From Selaginella moellendorffii (Eukaryota; Plantae; Lycopodiophyta), in contig NW_003314370.1 in NCBI RefSeq assembly GCF_000143415.4, forward strand, positions 276,295 through 340,294: a stretch of DNA of 64,000 nt, given 5' to 3'. The notes below the pieces were generated by a model, which did no database searches, was not told where the DNA came from, and was given only the letters and a program-made list of their open reading frames with translations. Shown here piece by piece: positions 1-11,864 of the stretch. The translations under genes were made by a program, and so were the position numbers. Every line of letters starts with the position of its first letter. Position 1 is the first letter of the stretch.

Positions 1-766
1 ATGGCCATGGCCAATGGTGTTCGCCACCCACACATGCAAATGCCTCCACAGATGGCTCCGTTGCCTTACGGGATGGGGATGGGAATGGGAATGCTGGGAG
101 TCGGCATGAATATGGGAATGGGAATGGGGATGGGGATGAACATGGTCGACTTGGGGAGCTCGAGCACAGCACCAGGAGCGGCGGCAGCGGCAGCTCCATT
201 GAGACCGATCGTGAGCGAGCCGGATTCATACAACGTCTACGTTTCTCAGCAGCAATTGCAAATTCCCGTCCAGGTAAGTAACGAAAGTTCCATTTTTTTT
301 GTTCCACCTAGAGTTTTCTGGAGTTTTTTCACTTGTTTTTCCGTTTTCTCGTCGTGAAAATGTCAGTGTTTTATGTTTGTGCTGTTTGTTTTTCTCTTCT
401 TCTAGGCAGGAACAAGTCACTCTCTTGGATTGCAGTGCTCTGGAAAAGATCGCCAAAAGTTCTCCTTGTTTCGGTATCTATTCTATCGTTTTGAGCTTTC
501 CTGGTGTTGTGCTTGGTTTGTGTCCGACCTATGGAGTTTTCTCACGCAAAATTCTCTTTTTTTCCTGACTCTTTCGTGTTCTTCTGTCTATCCAGGTCAT
601 GAACAGGGAAATGTACAACGCTTACATGGTAAACCACCAACACCAACAACAACAGCAGCAGCAGCAGCAAACTCCAACTCCAACTCCAACTCCAACTCAA
701 CAACAAAATCAACCACAGCCCGAACACCACCACCACCACCACCACCACCACCCGAGCGGGTTTTAA
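1..766 (+). CDS. 3' part of PIF7/PIF8(UNE10)-like bHLH transcription factor (5' portion outside window)
   Basis: Exon 1-273 encodes a (MG)n run (MGMGMGMGMNMVD). Intron 274-595 (GTAAGT...TCCAG). Last exon 596-766 encodes VMNREMYNAYM plus a polyQ/(TP)n/polyH tail ending TAA. MG repeat plus MNxxxYNAY resembles PIF/UNE10 C-termini; the bHLH domain itself is not in the window. Confidence 0.6.
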
Positions 767-976
767 TCCAGGAACACACTCACAAGAAGAATCACGCAAT
801 CGGTCTCCAGAATATGAGCGCTCTCTCCTCGCAAGCGATGGCCTCCAAAGTTTCGTGTTCTTCGTTTGTTTTGTTTTGGTTGTTTGTATGTAACATTTGT
901 ACTCTCTCTCCAATTTAAAAACAATTGGAAGGAAAGCTCTCTCCTTGGAGAGGTTTATGGTGTAGCTAGGGTTTTG

Positions 977-3178
977 ATGGGGAAGGCGGAGGAAGCGGCG
1001 GCAAAGCGGAGGAACAAGGCCGCCAGGAAGCGCTTGCGAAGCGCCGGCGGCGCTGGATTCCACACTGCCGTGATTGCCGCCAAGCGCAGGAGGAAAGCTG
1101 GGAAGCGGCGAGTTTGCGAGGTGAGTGACAGATCGATTAGATCGATTCTTTTCTGGAAATGCCAGCATTCTGTGGTGGATTGTCTGATTCGCTTCGAGGT
1201 TTTGTTTCTTCTTTTGCTTGGTTTTTGGTAAGCGTTCTAGGCTTTTGCTTTTGCGAATAGATCTGTTTTTGTAATAGTTTCGTGCATTGTTTTCTCGTTC
1301 TTCCTACATTGGTTTTAGTTCTTCGACTTTCAAGAACCGTGGTTGTGGATCTTTATCTTTTCGATCTTCGAATCTCTTTTTTATTTTTATTTTTCATACA
1401 GGGAATGTGCTACAGCCTCCCAACTCCCGAGGATCCATTCAATAACCGGTCTCTAGGAAAACGCAAGAAGAGACGATATGACGATGAAACGATGGAGGGT
1501 TTGGCTGAAGAAGGCAGTGACCTTGACGAAGGTCAAGATGGCAGTCAAGTTTTAACCGACGAAGCTGATAGTTCCGAGGACGACGAAATCTCCGAGGCCA
1601 GAGAATCTGCTTCCTCGGAAGAAGATGATAGCTCCGAAGAAGAAGAAGATAGCTCTGGTGGGGAAGACGATACGAGAGCTTACGACAGACGGCTCCTGTC
1701 CCGGATAGCAGGTTCGTCAAATGGTGCTCGTATACTGTCCGGAGTGATTGCTAGCGTTGATAGGCAATTGTCTCGCTTTGAGACTAGCCTCTGGGAGGCT
1801 TGCCGAGGAGGTCTGGACGTCATTGGAACCGTCCAGGAGTCGACCATTGCAGCCATCGCTTACGTTCCTGCAGTGGTGGACTACATTGTCAAGCAACCCT
1901 CCAAGACAAGGCTCTCTGGAAAGCCTATCGCGCTTTTTCTCGTGCCGTCTCAAGAGGAAGCGCTATATGTAACAGACTTTGATCCTTTTGCTACGGTGTT
2001 TGTTCATCTGAATCTGACTTGAGAGCGTTTGTTTTGTACAGGTAAGGAACTTGTGCAAGCCTTTGAAAAAGCTTCTGGGGCTTCAGACCATAAGCATCCA
2101 CCCGGGTGCGAGCCTAGAGCACCAAGTGAAAGGGTAGGCTCTTGTTTCAATCAAGTGAAAGCTTCATTGATCGCTTGTTATTGCAGGCTGGAGTCCTCTG
2201 CGTGTCAAGTTCTTGTAGCTACACCAGAGAGACTTTGTCAATTGGTATCGAGAAAGGCACTAAACCTCTTGGATGTTTCGTTTCTGGTAAGTGAACCATC
2301 ACGGCACACCGATGCTCACTACCACTTTATTTGTTTTCCAAGGTTGTGGATGGCTTGGACGAGTTGATCCGGAAAGGTTTCAAGGAAAACCTTCAGACAA
2401 TTAAGCTACATACGAGCCACACAATGCAAGTTGTAATACTCAGCAGAAGTTTCAGTGGGGAAGCAATTCAAGTAACCAGATCTTACGTAGAAGATCCAGT
2501 GGCTAGAGTTTTGGAAAGCGAGTCCTTGAAGGAGCAGGGAGCATGCATCACCCAAGACGTTAGTATAATCGTTGACGACTCCAAAAAACTGCCAAAGGTA
2601 CTCGTAGTTCGCTGCTAGCTATTTTCTCTTTGAAACAAACTTCTCTCTCGTTACAAGGTCGTGAGTATCCTCCAGCAACTTCGGGAAGACGATGGTAAAC
2701 TACCTCGAACACTAGTGGTAGCAAGAAAGCTGGAAGATGTGGTAGTGCTAGCAGGCGCCTTGAAGCGTGAGGGATTCGACAGGGCAGTGGCTTTCACCAG
2801 TGATTCAAAGAACGATCAGAACACAAGGTGTGTATCCCTTTCATTCCAGTTTAGCTAATGCATGCTCTCTTTTTCTTTTGGTGTAGCTCATTCGAACTAA
2901 TGGTTTCCACCGAAAGCATAGTTGATTCTATCGACTTGAGCTGTTTCCAGAACGTTGTGAATTACGAGTGCCCGGTTTCGATCGCCAGGTACTCGAGCAT
3001 CTTGTCTTCCATGGCCCGATCATCCGTCCATGGAAGCTTGCATACTTTGTGTGGGTGCTCGGCTGCTCCAATAGCACGCGAATTGGTGAACGTTCTTAAA
3101 GATTGCCACCAGGTGGTTCCAAGTGCCTTAGATATGCTAGCCAGTGCGGCTGCGGTGGTCATCAGGAAAAAGCCATAG
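977..3178 (+). CDS. DEAD-box-like P-loop protein with degenerate helicase motifs (At2g28600-like plant family), multi-exon
   Basis: Basic N-terminus IAAKRRRKAGKRRVCE|GMCYSLPTPEDPFN, acidic tract, then helicase-like motifs LVPSQE (Ia), ATPERL (Ib), VVDGLD (II), VVNYE. Exons joined by GT-AG introns (e.g. 1121-1401); stop TAG at 3176-3178. Confidence 0.8.
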
Positions 3179-3324
3179 AAATTTTTTTATCTTTCTTTTT
3201 TGTTAGATTGAAAAAAGTAAAATGCTAGCAAAATAGATTTGATCATAAACTTTAAGGGTTAAGGGTTGGTTTACATGCTTAGATTTATGTTAAGTAAGAT
3301 TATGCTTATAAATTTCTCATGCAG

Positions 3325-3785
3325 GGGCCTTGCTCCTTGGAAGCGGAGGCCGGATTTGGGTAAGCTTCCGTGGCCACGGCTGTTGTTCGACGCAATTGAT
3401 CCAGACACAAACTTCTGAGTGACATAGAGGACTCACTTGAGGTGGCTGCTCATCACGGGGCCGTGGCAAGTCATCACTCATGTACAAGCTTGCCGATTGC
3501 ATGCTCATGCATGACATGGTGCCCGTGCTGACCCTCTTGAACCATCGAATGGTGGAAGCAGCCAACAAGTATGCCAATGATTACGATGCTTTCATCCACG
3601 AGATGGCTGTGTCTCTGGCTCTCGGGAGCAACGGCAGGCTCGACTATGATGGAAGTCCTGTCATCGAGGGACTCTTGAAGATGCTGGCTTCTCCCGGCAG
3701 GGAGATAGTGTTCATCGACAAGGCAGAGCTCCTGAATGAGATTGCCTGGCCAGGCGTGCTGTTTACGTTTCTTGTGAGGATGTAG
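3325..3785 (+). pseudogene. Disrupted P-loop NTPase exon fragment
   Basis: After an acceptor-like TGCAG (3320-3324): WLLITGP in one frame with in-frame stops upstream, frameshift to RGKSSLMYKL (Walker A-like), then IVFID (Walker B-like, ~3705-3719). Ends where retroelement-like sequence begins (~3781). Confidence 0.4.
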
Positions 3786-6700
3786 TACATCCGAGGTCAC
3801 CATACGTGCTGACACGTGGCAGATCTGGAGAGTCACCACTCTCACCTGTGTATATATAGTGATGGTGATAATTGAGCAAGTATGTATAGCAATGATGATA
3901 TCTGAGTGAGAAAGTTTTTCTCTTCTTCCTTAGTTTCAGCGTTTCTGTCCACATTGAAGACATGCAAAAGAGAGCTGTGTGTATCGCACAAACTCCTGAA
4001 GGATCAAACTCGTGATTAAAGAGATGGTTAGGGCAATGATGTGGATTAGGGTTTGTGATGGAGCTATAGCGCATACAAAGGATTCTAAAATCCTAAGAAT
4101 CTGGAGAATAAAAATGGGAAACAACAGGGAGTGAGCCCACCCTCAGGGATTTTGTGATTAATAGCATTTCTTAGAGTGTGCTTTAGGGTAGAGAGTGTTT
4201 TGTTGCTTAGGAAAATCTTGATTGTGGCTTGGATTGAGTGTGCTTGCATTTGTTTTATGGACATAGGTTCTTTTGTTTGAATAGGTTCTATCAATATCCC
4301 AAGTACCTTAGAGTGAGTGGGTTTGGAGATCTGTGTTGGCATCTGCAGTGCGCTGCAAGGCTAAGTCAAGTGTGTGTGCTTGTTTTGTGTTGTGAGGCCA
4401 CCACTAGCAAACAGAGAGTGACTAGGCTGTGTTGGCAAAAGATCAGGAAAGCATCACCAAGCTAATATGTTGAATATTTTATGCTATGTGGCTTGAGTGA
4501 TGAGTTTGTTCATTATACCCTTCTTGGTATTAGAGGTAGTTTATGTGATGATTCTTGCATGTGGGGAGAGAACTAACTTCAAAAGTGTGAGTTTCTTTTG
4601 TTGATCTTTAACCCGATACTATTGTGGCATCTTATTGAAGAGTTGAATGTAGGAAGATGACCAATGGTGAATCTAGTTCATGACTAGATGAATCTTTTGC
4701 AAAGCCTGAGAAGTGGAGTTGGGTTGATATTACTAAAGAAGAGAAGGAGTGCACCCAAGGAAAGGCATAAGTGGCAGCATCTTTGGCTAATGCCAAGGGA
4801 AAAGATGCTCAAGAGGGTGGTGCAGATATGTCTAGGGTTCAAGAGTGAGGAGGGGGGAAAGAGCAAGTTTTCCTTGAGCAGGAGATTTTGCAAGAGGATT
4901 AAAATTGGGACGGGATAAGGCCCAGGTGGCAAGGTAGCAGCAACAAATCTTTTTGAGGTGGTTTCACATCTTTCTATCAAGGAAGACTTTCTTTCAAATG
5001 TGGGGGTGGAGGATTCTCACCATTCTCTAAAGGAGCTTAAGGTCATCATGGAATATGTCCTTTCAGCTGTGCCATTGAATCTCAGTAGAATGGTCCCCCT
5101 CATGTAAAATCTATGAGTGTCAATGGATTCCCACAGTTTGGCTGAGAATCTTTGCAATCCCTACCATAGAGTGATCTAATAAGTTCAAGAAGTGAGGAAG
5201 AGTGAGATGGCTACTATCCAAGATTGATAATGTGGTGGTTTTAGAGTTGCAGGAAGTACTATATGTCAATGCAAAAGAAGGGGAGATGCCATAGAGATAT
5301 CCGAAGGCAATGATGGAGGAACCAATGTTGTGGTTGAGCATAATCCTAATGTTTACCAGGTTGAGGACTTGTATATCCCTGTGGTTTATAATAGCATATT
5401 TTCATATTTAACCCAATTGTAGCTCACAGTTTGACAATACCCTCACCTTGAAACTTTTGAGGAATGCAAGGCAGAAAGATTCAAGCATCTTTAGGAAGTT
5501 TAAACTTCTAGCTTTCAAGGGAGATGGCCATCCTGATGAAAATCAAGATTGGTTTATCAAATAGATAATTATGGTATCTTGTTTTGGGTTGAGACTGCTA
5601 TGGCATAAGGGCTTGCTAGGGTTTGGTGGAACTCTAATAAGGAGGAACTTTTTACCAATCTAGAGGGATTTACAACAAGCTTGAATTAGTTTAAGGCAAA
5701 GTTTGGCAAAAGGTTCTTGAGTTTGGATAGTTGTTAATTATTAAATGAGCTATAAGCTAAGAAGTAGAAAGAGAAGGAGGATGTTTAGACATATGTAAAT
5801 GCCTTGAGTTAACTTGTAATGCAACTTGGACTTTTGCTAGTGACAAATTGGCAATTGTATTGGTATTTTTGTTGGGGCCTCAAAAAGAATCTTCAGGAGT
5901 AAATGAAGTATTAGCTACCCCAATTTTACGCCTAAGCAGTACACCAAACACAGGAGTAAATGAAGTATTAGCTACCCTAATTTTACGCCTAAGCAGTACA
6001 CCAAACACATGAATTTGAACTACAAGATGAATACTTTGAGGATTCAATGGAGATTCTTGATGATGGAGCATAAAAAAAACATGTAGAGAATGATGTATGG
6101 ACAGATGTCAAGAATCTTGTATTAACATTGACATAGGAATTGAAAAGCTAACTTACAGAGATAGATCATCAACTTTCATCTTTCAGGAAGAGGTTAGTTG
6201 ACTACAGTGGTGTACCCAACGAAACAACTAATGCTTCAAATGTGATGAAAACCACTAAGCTTGAGATTGTCCAATAAGCTAACAACATCTAGCTACCAAT
6301 CATGGTGTATATATTGAAGAAGATAATGCAGGGCAAGCCAAGATAATGAAAGATTCTACTGTAGGATATTTTAATCTGAATGCCGAAGAAGAAGATACTT
6401 TTAGGACATCCAAACTGCATTAGGGCCTTAGGAAAAAAGAAAAAAAAAAGTGAAAGAAAGAAAGAGAGCGAAAAAAAGAAAAAAGAGAAGAAAAGTGAAA
6501 AAAAAGAGTGACAAAAAGAGATGACATGTGGCACTTTTGATATTTGACACTTGGCACAAAATTAATTGTGAAAGTGACTAGCAGACAGGGACTTTGTTGA
6601 TCCTGCAATACTCTAGATGACAAATCCTTATATGCGGAAAAATCATGATTTTGCAAGGGTTGTTGGAAAAATGTGAGATCCTTTTTAAGGATCTTACTGC

Positions 6701-8200
6701 AATTTGCATACACCCACCTGGGGAATTATATTTAGAACTTGGCTAGTAGTTATGGGGCTATTGATTAGTGGTTCTATGCAATAGTTATGAAAGCTTTGGG
6801 ATGGAGAAGGCAAGCCTATGTAAGGTAGTGGTTGTTTTTATGGGAGGATGCTTATGAAAGAGCTATGACAAGAGATTCTTTTGACTATGCAATTTTAACA
6901 CTAAGAATGTGCCAAGATGTCTCACAACAGGTAGCAAAGGAGATTGTTAATTGGTTAAAGCTCCTCAATTAGTGGTTTTCCCAGTTGTGGGGGAACATAG
7001 GACATGCTAGGATTTTGATATAGGAGGTGTGGGAAATGGATGAGGATTGCCCTTTGACATGCATATATGAGACTTGGATGCTAGTGGAAGCATCTTGTGC
7101 ACGAAGATGAGGTGCTAGAAAGATGTCATCTCTAAGTTACTTGTGGAAAGCGGGCAGCTAAAAACTGTCTCGACTAGGTAGAGGCTCATGATAAAGCTTG
7201 CTTGCATGCATGCATTAGTGAGTTGGAGCAATAGTTCAAGGCCTTAGCAGTTCAATTGAGGGAATCTTAGGAGGTTAAGTAGGAGATTGAGTAGATGTTC
7301 ATTGTAGAGCGTCAAATTAAGCTACTAGTGGAGGAAACATAGGAGTTTGAGAGGCAAATATTAGAGACAAAAATGCTTCTCAAGGTATTTATGTGCAACT
7401 TAATAAGGGATCATGTCCAAGTAACAAGAGCTAGAGATGCAATTCAGAAGGAGAATCCTTTGGAGGTGGTTTCCTATGAACCAGTGCTATGGGTTTGAGG
7501 TTAGTGTAGCAATGGAGATTCCAGAGGGGAATCTTCCTAACAAGACTTTATATCACAAGATTAGAGGTGTGCTAGTGGAGATTCCAGAAGGGAATCCACC
7601 AATATGTAAAGATGCAAATGAAATTTGCATCTTGGTCAAGGGTAAGAGTCCTAAAAATCTCGGAGCTAGAGAATAAAAGTAAAAAGTAACAAGGAGTGAG
7701 GGTTAGGCCAAACCTCCCCTTAGGATTCTGCATTTAACAACATTTCTTAGAGTATGCTCTAGAGTAGAGAGTGTTTTGTTTCTTATGAGCATTTTGAGTA
7801 TGGCTTGGATTGGAATGTGTTCACATTTGTTTTGTGGATGTAGGTTTTTTTATTTGAACAGCTGTTGTACTTGTTTGCTCCACTCCTGCTCCACATGGTC
7901 ATTAGAGGATCTATCCCTACAGACTCTAGATTCGATGGCCTGTCTACTTGGTAAGTGTGTTTTTATTAGTGTCCCGAGTACTTTAGAGTGAGTGTGTTTA
8001 GAGATCATATTTTGGCATCTACAATGTGTTGCAAGGCTGGGTCACGTGCACACACTTCTTTCGCATCATGAGGCTGCCACTGGCAAGTAAAGAGCGACTA
8101 GACTGTGTCAATGAAAGATTAAGGAAGCATCATCAGGTTGATATGTCAAATATTCCATGCTATATGGCTTGAGTGGCAAGTTTATTCATTGCACCCTTCT
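3781..8200 (+). mobile_element. Highly decayed LTR retrotransposon with two diverged LTR-like direct repeats
   Basis: ~4090-4524 and ~7648-8190 align as diverged direct repeats, mostly C/T and G/A differences. Copy 1 is followed immediately by TGGTATTAGAG (4525-4535), one mismatch to the tRNA-iMet PBS TGGTATCAGAG. The interior is stop-riddled. The left boundary (TG at 3781) is tentative. Confidence 0.6.
5894..6007. repeat. 57-bp tandem duplication (2 copies, 1 mismatch)
   Basis: CAGGAGTAAATGAAGTATTAGCTACCC(C/T)AATTTTACGCCTAAGCAGTACACCAAACA starting at 5894 and 5951. Confidence 0.95.
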
Positions 8201-8729
8201 AGAGCGGTATATGTGTGTTTAGGACCAAGGGTTCTAGTCTATACTTCCTGCAAAGCTTTGTTCTGGTCAGCACAATGCTTCTACAGCCAAGCCAGATTGT
8301 TAATTCCTATGTTTCAATGAAGGTCATGACAATTACAGGAGTGGGTGTTCAATCTTTGTAGAGTTAAAACTCAAATAACACTTAATGAGCAAGTACAGAG
8401 AACCATGGACTCAAGCCTCCTTTCTCTAATATTAATTATCACAACCATCTGGAACTTCATCTTCCTTAGCACCAACATCATTCTAATGTTACTTTTTATT
8501 ATACCTAGGGCATTTTTTTGTATTTTCTCTCCTGCAAATCCATTAATTAATCACATTTAGTTAATTTTTTTGTAGAGGACATCAGAATTTCTTTTGGTTG
8601 GGGACTAACTATCAACATGAGTTTGGTGTTGAGTTCAGGAACAGGAATGGAGTGCAGCAAATGTGGACATGGTGATCTTGACATTGGCCACCAGCATTCA
8701 CTCCTTGATGAGCGGTCACAAGGGAATGA

Positions 8730-10020
8730 CCAGCAATCTTTGCTGCCCTGATTCTCCAGCTCTAGGACTTCTCTCGTCCATTTCTTGTGGAGACTGATGC
8801 ATCAGATGCAAGCACGGGGGCGGTGCTCAGACAGGAGCAAGGGATCATAGCGTTTGAGAGTTGGTGCATTTCAGTACATGGCTTATGAGCAAGAAATGCT
8901 TGCGGTCATCCACACTATCGAGAAGTGGCATCATGATCTCTTGCCGACTCGTTTCACGCTCTGCACAGACCATTACAGTATCAAATTTTTGCTGGAACAA
9001 CAGCAGCTCAACATCGGGACGTTTGTTTTGCCCGGTCGAAATTCGATGGATAAATCAAAAGCTTGAAGCTTTTCAATCCAGCGCCTCTGTTTCTTGCACT
9101 GTCTTGCATGTTCGAGAAGCCAGTGTCCCAGCTTCTTACAGGGATATCACGTCGTTCAGCAGCGGGTCGTCAGTACCGAGCTCCCTTCGCGTCAATTTCC
9201 ATCTCAGGATTGCCAAGATCTATATATGGTGCTCTTCACGAAGGTCAGCCACTTCGTCCCATTAACGACCACAGCAAACGCTCAGAAGGTGGCAGAGCTT
9301 TTCTGGAAGGGGATAGTCCGCTACCGGGAGATTATCTCTGACAGGGACTCCAAGTTCCTCGGCAAGTTCTGGAGATTGTTGTTTGAGGCCGTGGGGACAA
9401 GGTTGAGTTTTAGGCTATCACCCTCAAACTAACAGATAGACTTAGAGGGTGAATCACACAATGGAAACGTTCCTTCGTGGATATTTTTTGGACAGACCGG
9501 GCAATTGGGTGAAATGGCGAGTTTGCTTACAACTCCATGCAACATGCTTCCCTGGGAATGTCTGCGGCAACGTGGTGTCGACCTCTGTCCACGGTAACAA
9601 GACTGGCCAACCATATAACGCCTCGAAAGGAGGATGTAGAGGAGCATCTCTGAGAAGTGGAAGAAGCATGGCAAAGCAAAGGCTTGGGTCGGCAGAAACT
9701 ACCATGTGGTTCTTTGTGGACCAAAATCGATCATACAAGTAATTTGAGCCAAGAGACTACATTTATGTCAAGTTCTGCCTGGAACGTTACACCCTGGGCA
9801 AGCTTAAGGAAGAGCCAAGTTGCAACCCCGCTTCTTCGGTCCTTTCAGGGTGGTGAAAGCAATTAATGAATTGACCTACAGATTGCATCTCGCAACAACA
9901 GCAAGGATCCATGATGTGTTCCACTTGAGTGACCTCAGCGTCATCACAGGGAGTTGCCTTCAATCCAAATGCCGGATCAGGGAAGAACAGGTCCTCTTGT
10001 TCCGGATAGGGCAGTGAAGT
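8730..10020 (+). mobile_element. Ty3/Gypsy pol remnant (RNase H - integrase - GPF/GPY motif), frameshifted
   Basis: ETDAS...GAVL, YEQEMLAVIHTIEKWHH..F...TDH (RT-RNase H); IISDRDSKFLGKFW..LF...GT (integrase core); PRFFGPFRVV...TYRL....IHDVFH (Gypsy integrase C-terminus). RH-before-INT order indicates Gypsy. Confidence 0.9.
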
Positions 10021-10328
10021 CCAGGAATACAGAGCGCAATCTGGAGGACCAAAGTTCTTTGAGCAAGAATGGCCTGTTAGGGACCGAGTCTGACTATGCT
10101 ACAGCGGATGGTTATATGGAGAGTAAAGCAGATTTGATTCTCTATACTCTCCTCTCCATCTTGTCCACCTTCTTCTCTCCAGTCTCACTCTGCTTGCTTG
10201 GTTAGTCTCTTTTGTTGTCCAAGGAGCATTTCCTCCCTTCTCATTCCTCTTCTTTGAATATAGCTGTGCAACTCCCACTTTTTTTGACTGAAAGTTGTTT
10301 ATGATAGAGCATCCACGCCGTCTTCCAG

Positions 10329-10338
10329 GCCACGTGGC
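10329..10338. promoter_or_regulatory. Palindromic G-box upstream of nsLTP
   Basis: GCCACGTGGC about 200 bp upstream of the ATG; TATAAAA at ~10478. Function untested. Confidence 0.35.
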
Positions 10339-10538
10339 AAAATATTCACTGGTGACATGGCCAGTCAGAGAGAGTTTGACGGAGGCTGCATAGAAACAGA
10401 AAGCAAGTCGTTTTGCTCAGAATGGAGCTCTCACTCCATCCATGTGTTCTCGCTTCGAATAGATGCCACTGCCATTGTATAAAAACAGAGACCCACTGCC
10501 TCCTCCAACACCTCGCTTCCTGATCTTCTCAAACAGCA

Positions 10539-10883
10539 ATGCCCAAGCTTGTGCTTATCCTGTTCTTCCTTGTGGCCGCTGCGGCGCAGTGGAGAATCTC
10601 CATCGCCCAGCAGCAGTCCTGCAGCGACTGGACTCAGCTCCTGGATTGCCAGAACGCGGCCAGCGATCCAAGCGCCACCCCGTCTGGCGAGTGCTGCAAC
10701 AGAATCCGGCAGTACCAAAACGCACCGGACTGCCTGTGCACCATGCTCCTCGCGGCACGCAACGCAGCGCAGTCCACCGGGTTGCCATTCAATCTCCAGG
10801 CCGCGCTCTCCATCCCGGCCAAGTGCCACGTCCAAGTTCCATCCGGCTACTCGTGCGCTGGAATTCCCATTCCATCTAGCTAG
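10539..10883 (+). CDS. Non-specific lipid transfer protein (8-Cys motif, type D-like), intronless
   Basis: Signal peptide plus C-X9-C-X14-CC-X11-CLC-X-C-X-C 8CM pattern, 114 aa, upstream TATA. Confidence 0.92.
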   Translation: MPKLVLILFFLVAAAAQWRISIAQQQSCSDWTQLLDCQNAASDPSATPSGECCNRIRQYQNAPDCLCTMLLAARNAAQSTGLPFNLQAALSIPAKCHVQVPSGYSCAGIPIPSS

Positions 10884-11320
10884 AAGAACAGAAAAAAAAA
10901 AAAAGAGAGTTAGCTAAGCATCGCTAGAGAGCAATCTAGGAAAAGAAAATTATGGAAGAGCTTCTAGAGAGCAAGAGAGAGAGGGAAGGGAAGAAATCCG
11001 TGTGTAGTGCTATGACTGTGACCAGAGAAAAGAGAGGGAGAGAGAACAAATTCATGCAATAAGATAACTTGACTTGCCTGTGCCATGATCGTCGCCTTTC
11101 TTGTGACGCCGAGAAAAGCAGTACCTTATTCACGGGATGGTGTACTCATCGCGATTTCCTCGCACCGATCTATGCCAGAAGCCCTCTCCATGTCGATCAG
11201 TATAAGAGCGAGCCTCTAGGCAGTGAGATCCATCGGGCAGCTCTTCTCTCGATCCCCATTCTTGAATCTCCCCTTCCCTCTCTCCTCTCCTCTAGCAATA
11301 TTTCGAGCATCGATCGAGCA

Positions 11321-11723
11321 ATGGCGCCGCCTCGATCCGGAATCGCGATCCTGCTCATTGCAATCCTGTGCATCGCGCTCCTCCCGGCAGATTCCAGCGC
11401 CCAATCCTGCACGAATTACCTCGCCCTGGCGAGCTGCATCCCCGCCGCGGTCGGCAACACCGCTCCGACCGCGAGTTGCTGCTCGCTGATCCAGAAATAC
11501 GTGAAGAAGCCGGCATGTCTGTGCACGCTCGTCCAGAGCGCCAAGAAAGCCATCCCTAGTATCAACATAGCCAAGGCGGTGATCCTCCCCAAGAAATGTA
11601 ACTTCGGGAAATACGTGCCCAAGAACTACAAGTGTGCTGGTAGGCGAATTCTCTTCCTTCTCTCTCCAAATCGATGGCTCACCGTGCTCGATCTTGGCAG
11701 GGGTTTCGGTTCCCCGCGAATAA
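11321..11723 (+). CDS. Non-specific lipid transfer protein (8-Cys motif, type D-like), 2 exons
   Basis: ATG 11321 (MAPPRSGIAILL..), 8CM pattern. Intron 11640-11700 (GTAGGC...GGCAG) begins 4 nt after the 8th Cys codon; exon 2 encodes GVSVPRE*. Confidence 0.92.
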
Positions 11724-11864
11724 GGAATGGCGATCTTCACCGTTCATCCCGACCACCATTCCGCTCCATAATAGTCCACCAGATGTGGAATGTACTACGC
11801 CCTCGCTTTGCTAATACAAACCTCTCGTTTGCCCTATATTTTCTTCCTTGAGAGCGCTCCAGCT

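Noticed and set aside
5894-6007. Direct repeats as a CRISPR-like array
   Set aside because: Two abutting copies, no spacers, eukaryotic retroelement context.
11069-11851. 260-aa ORF as one protein
   Set aside because: Contains the promoter/UTR and unspliced intron of the second nsLTP.
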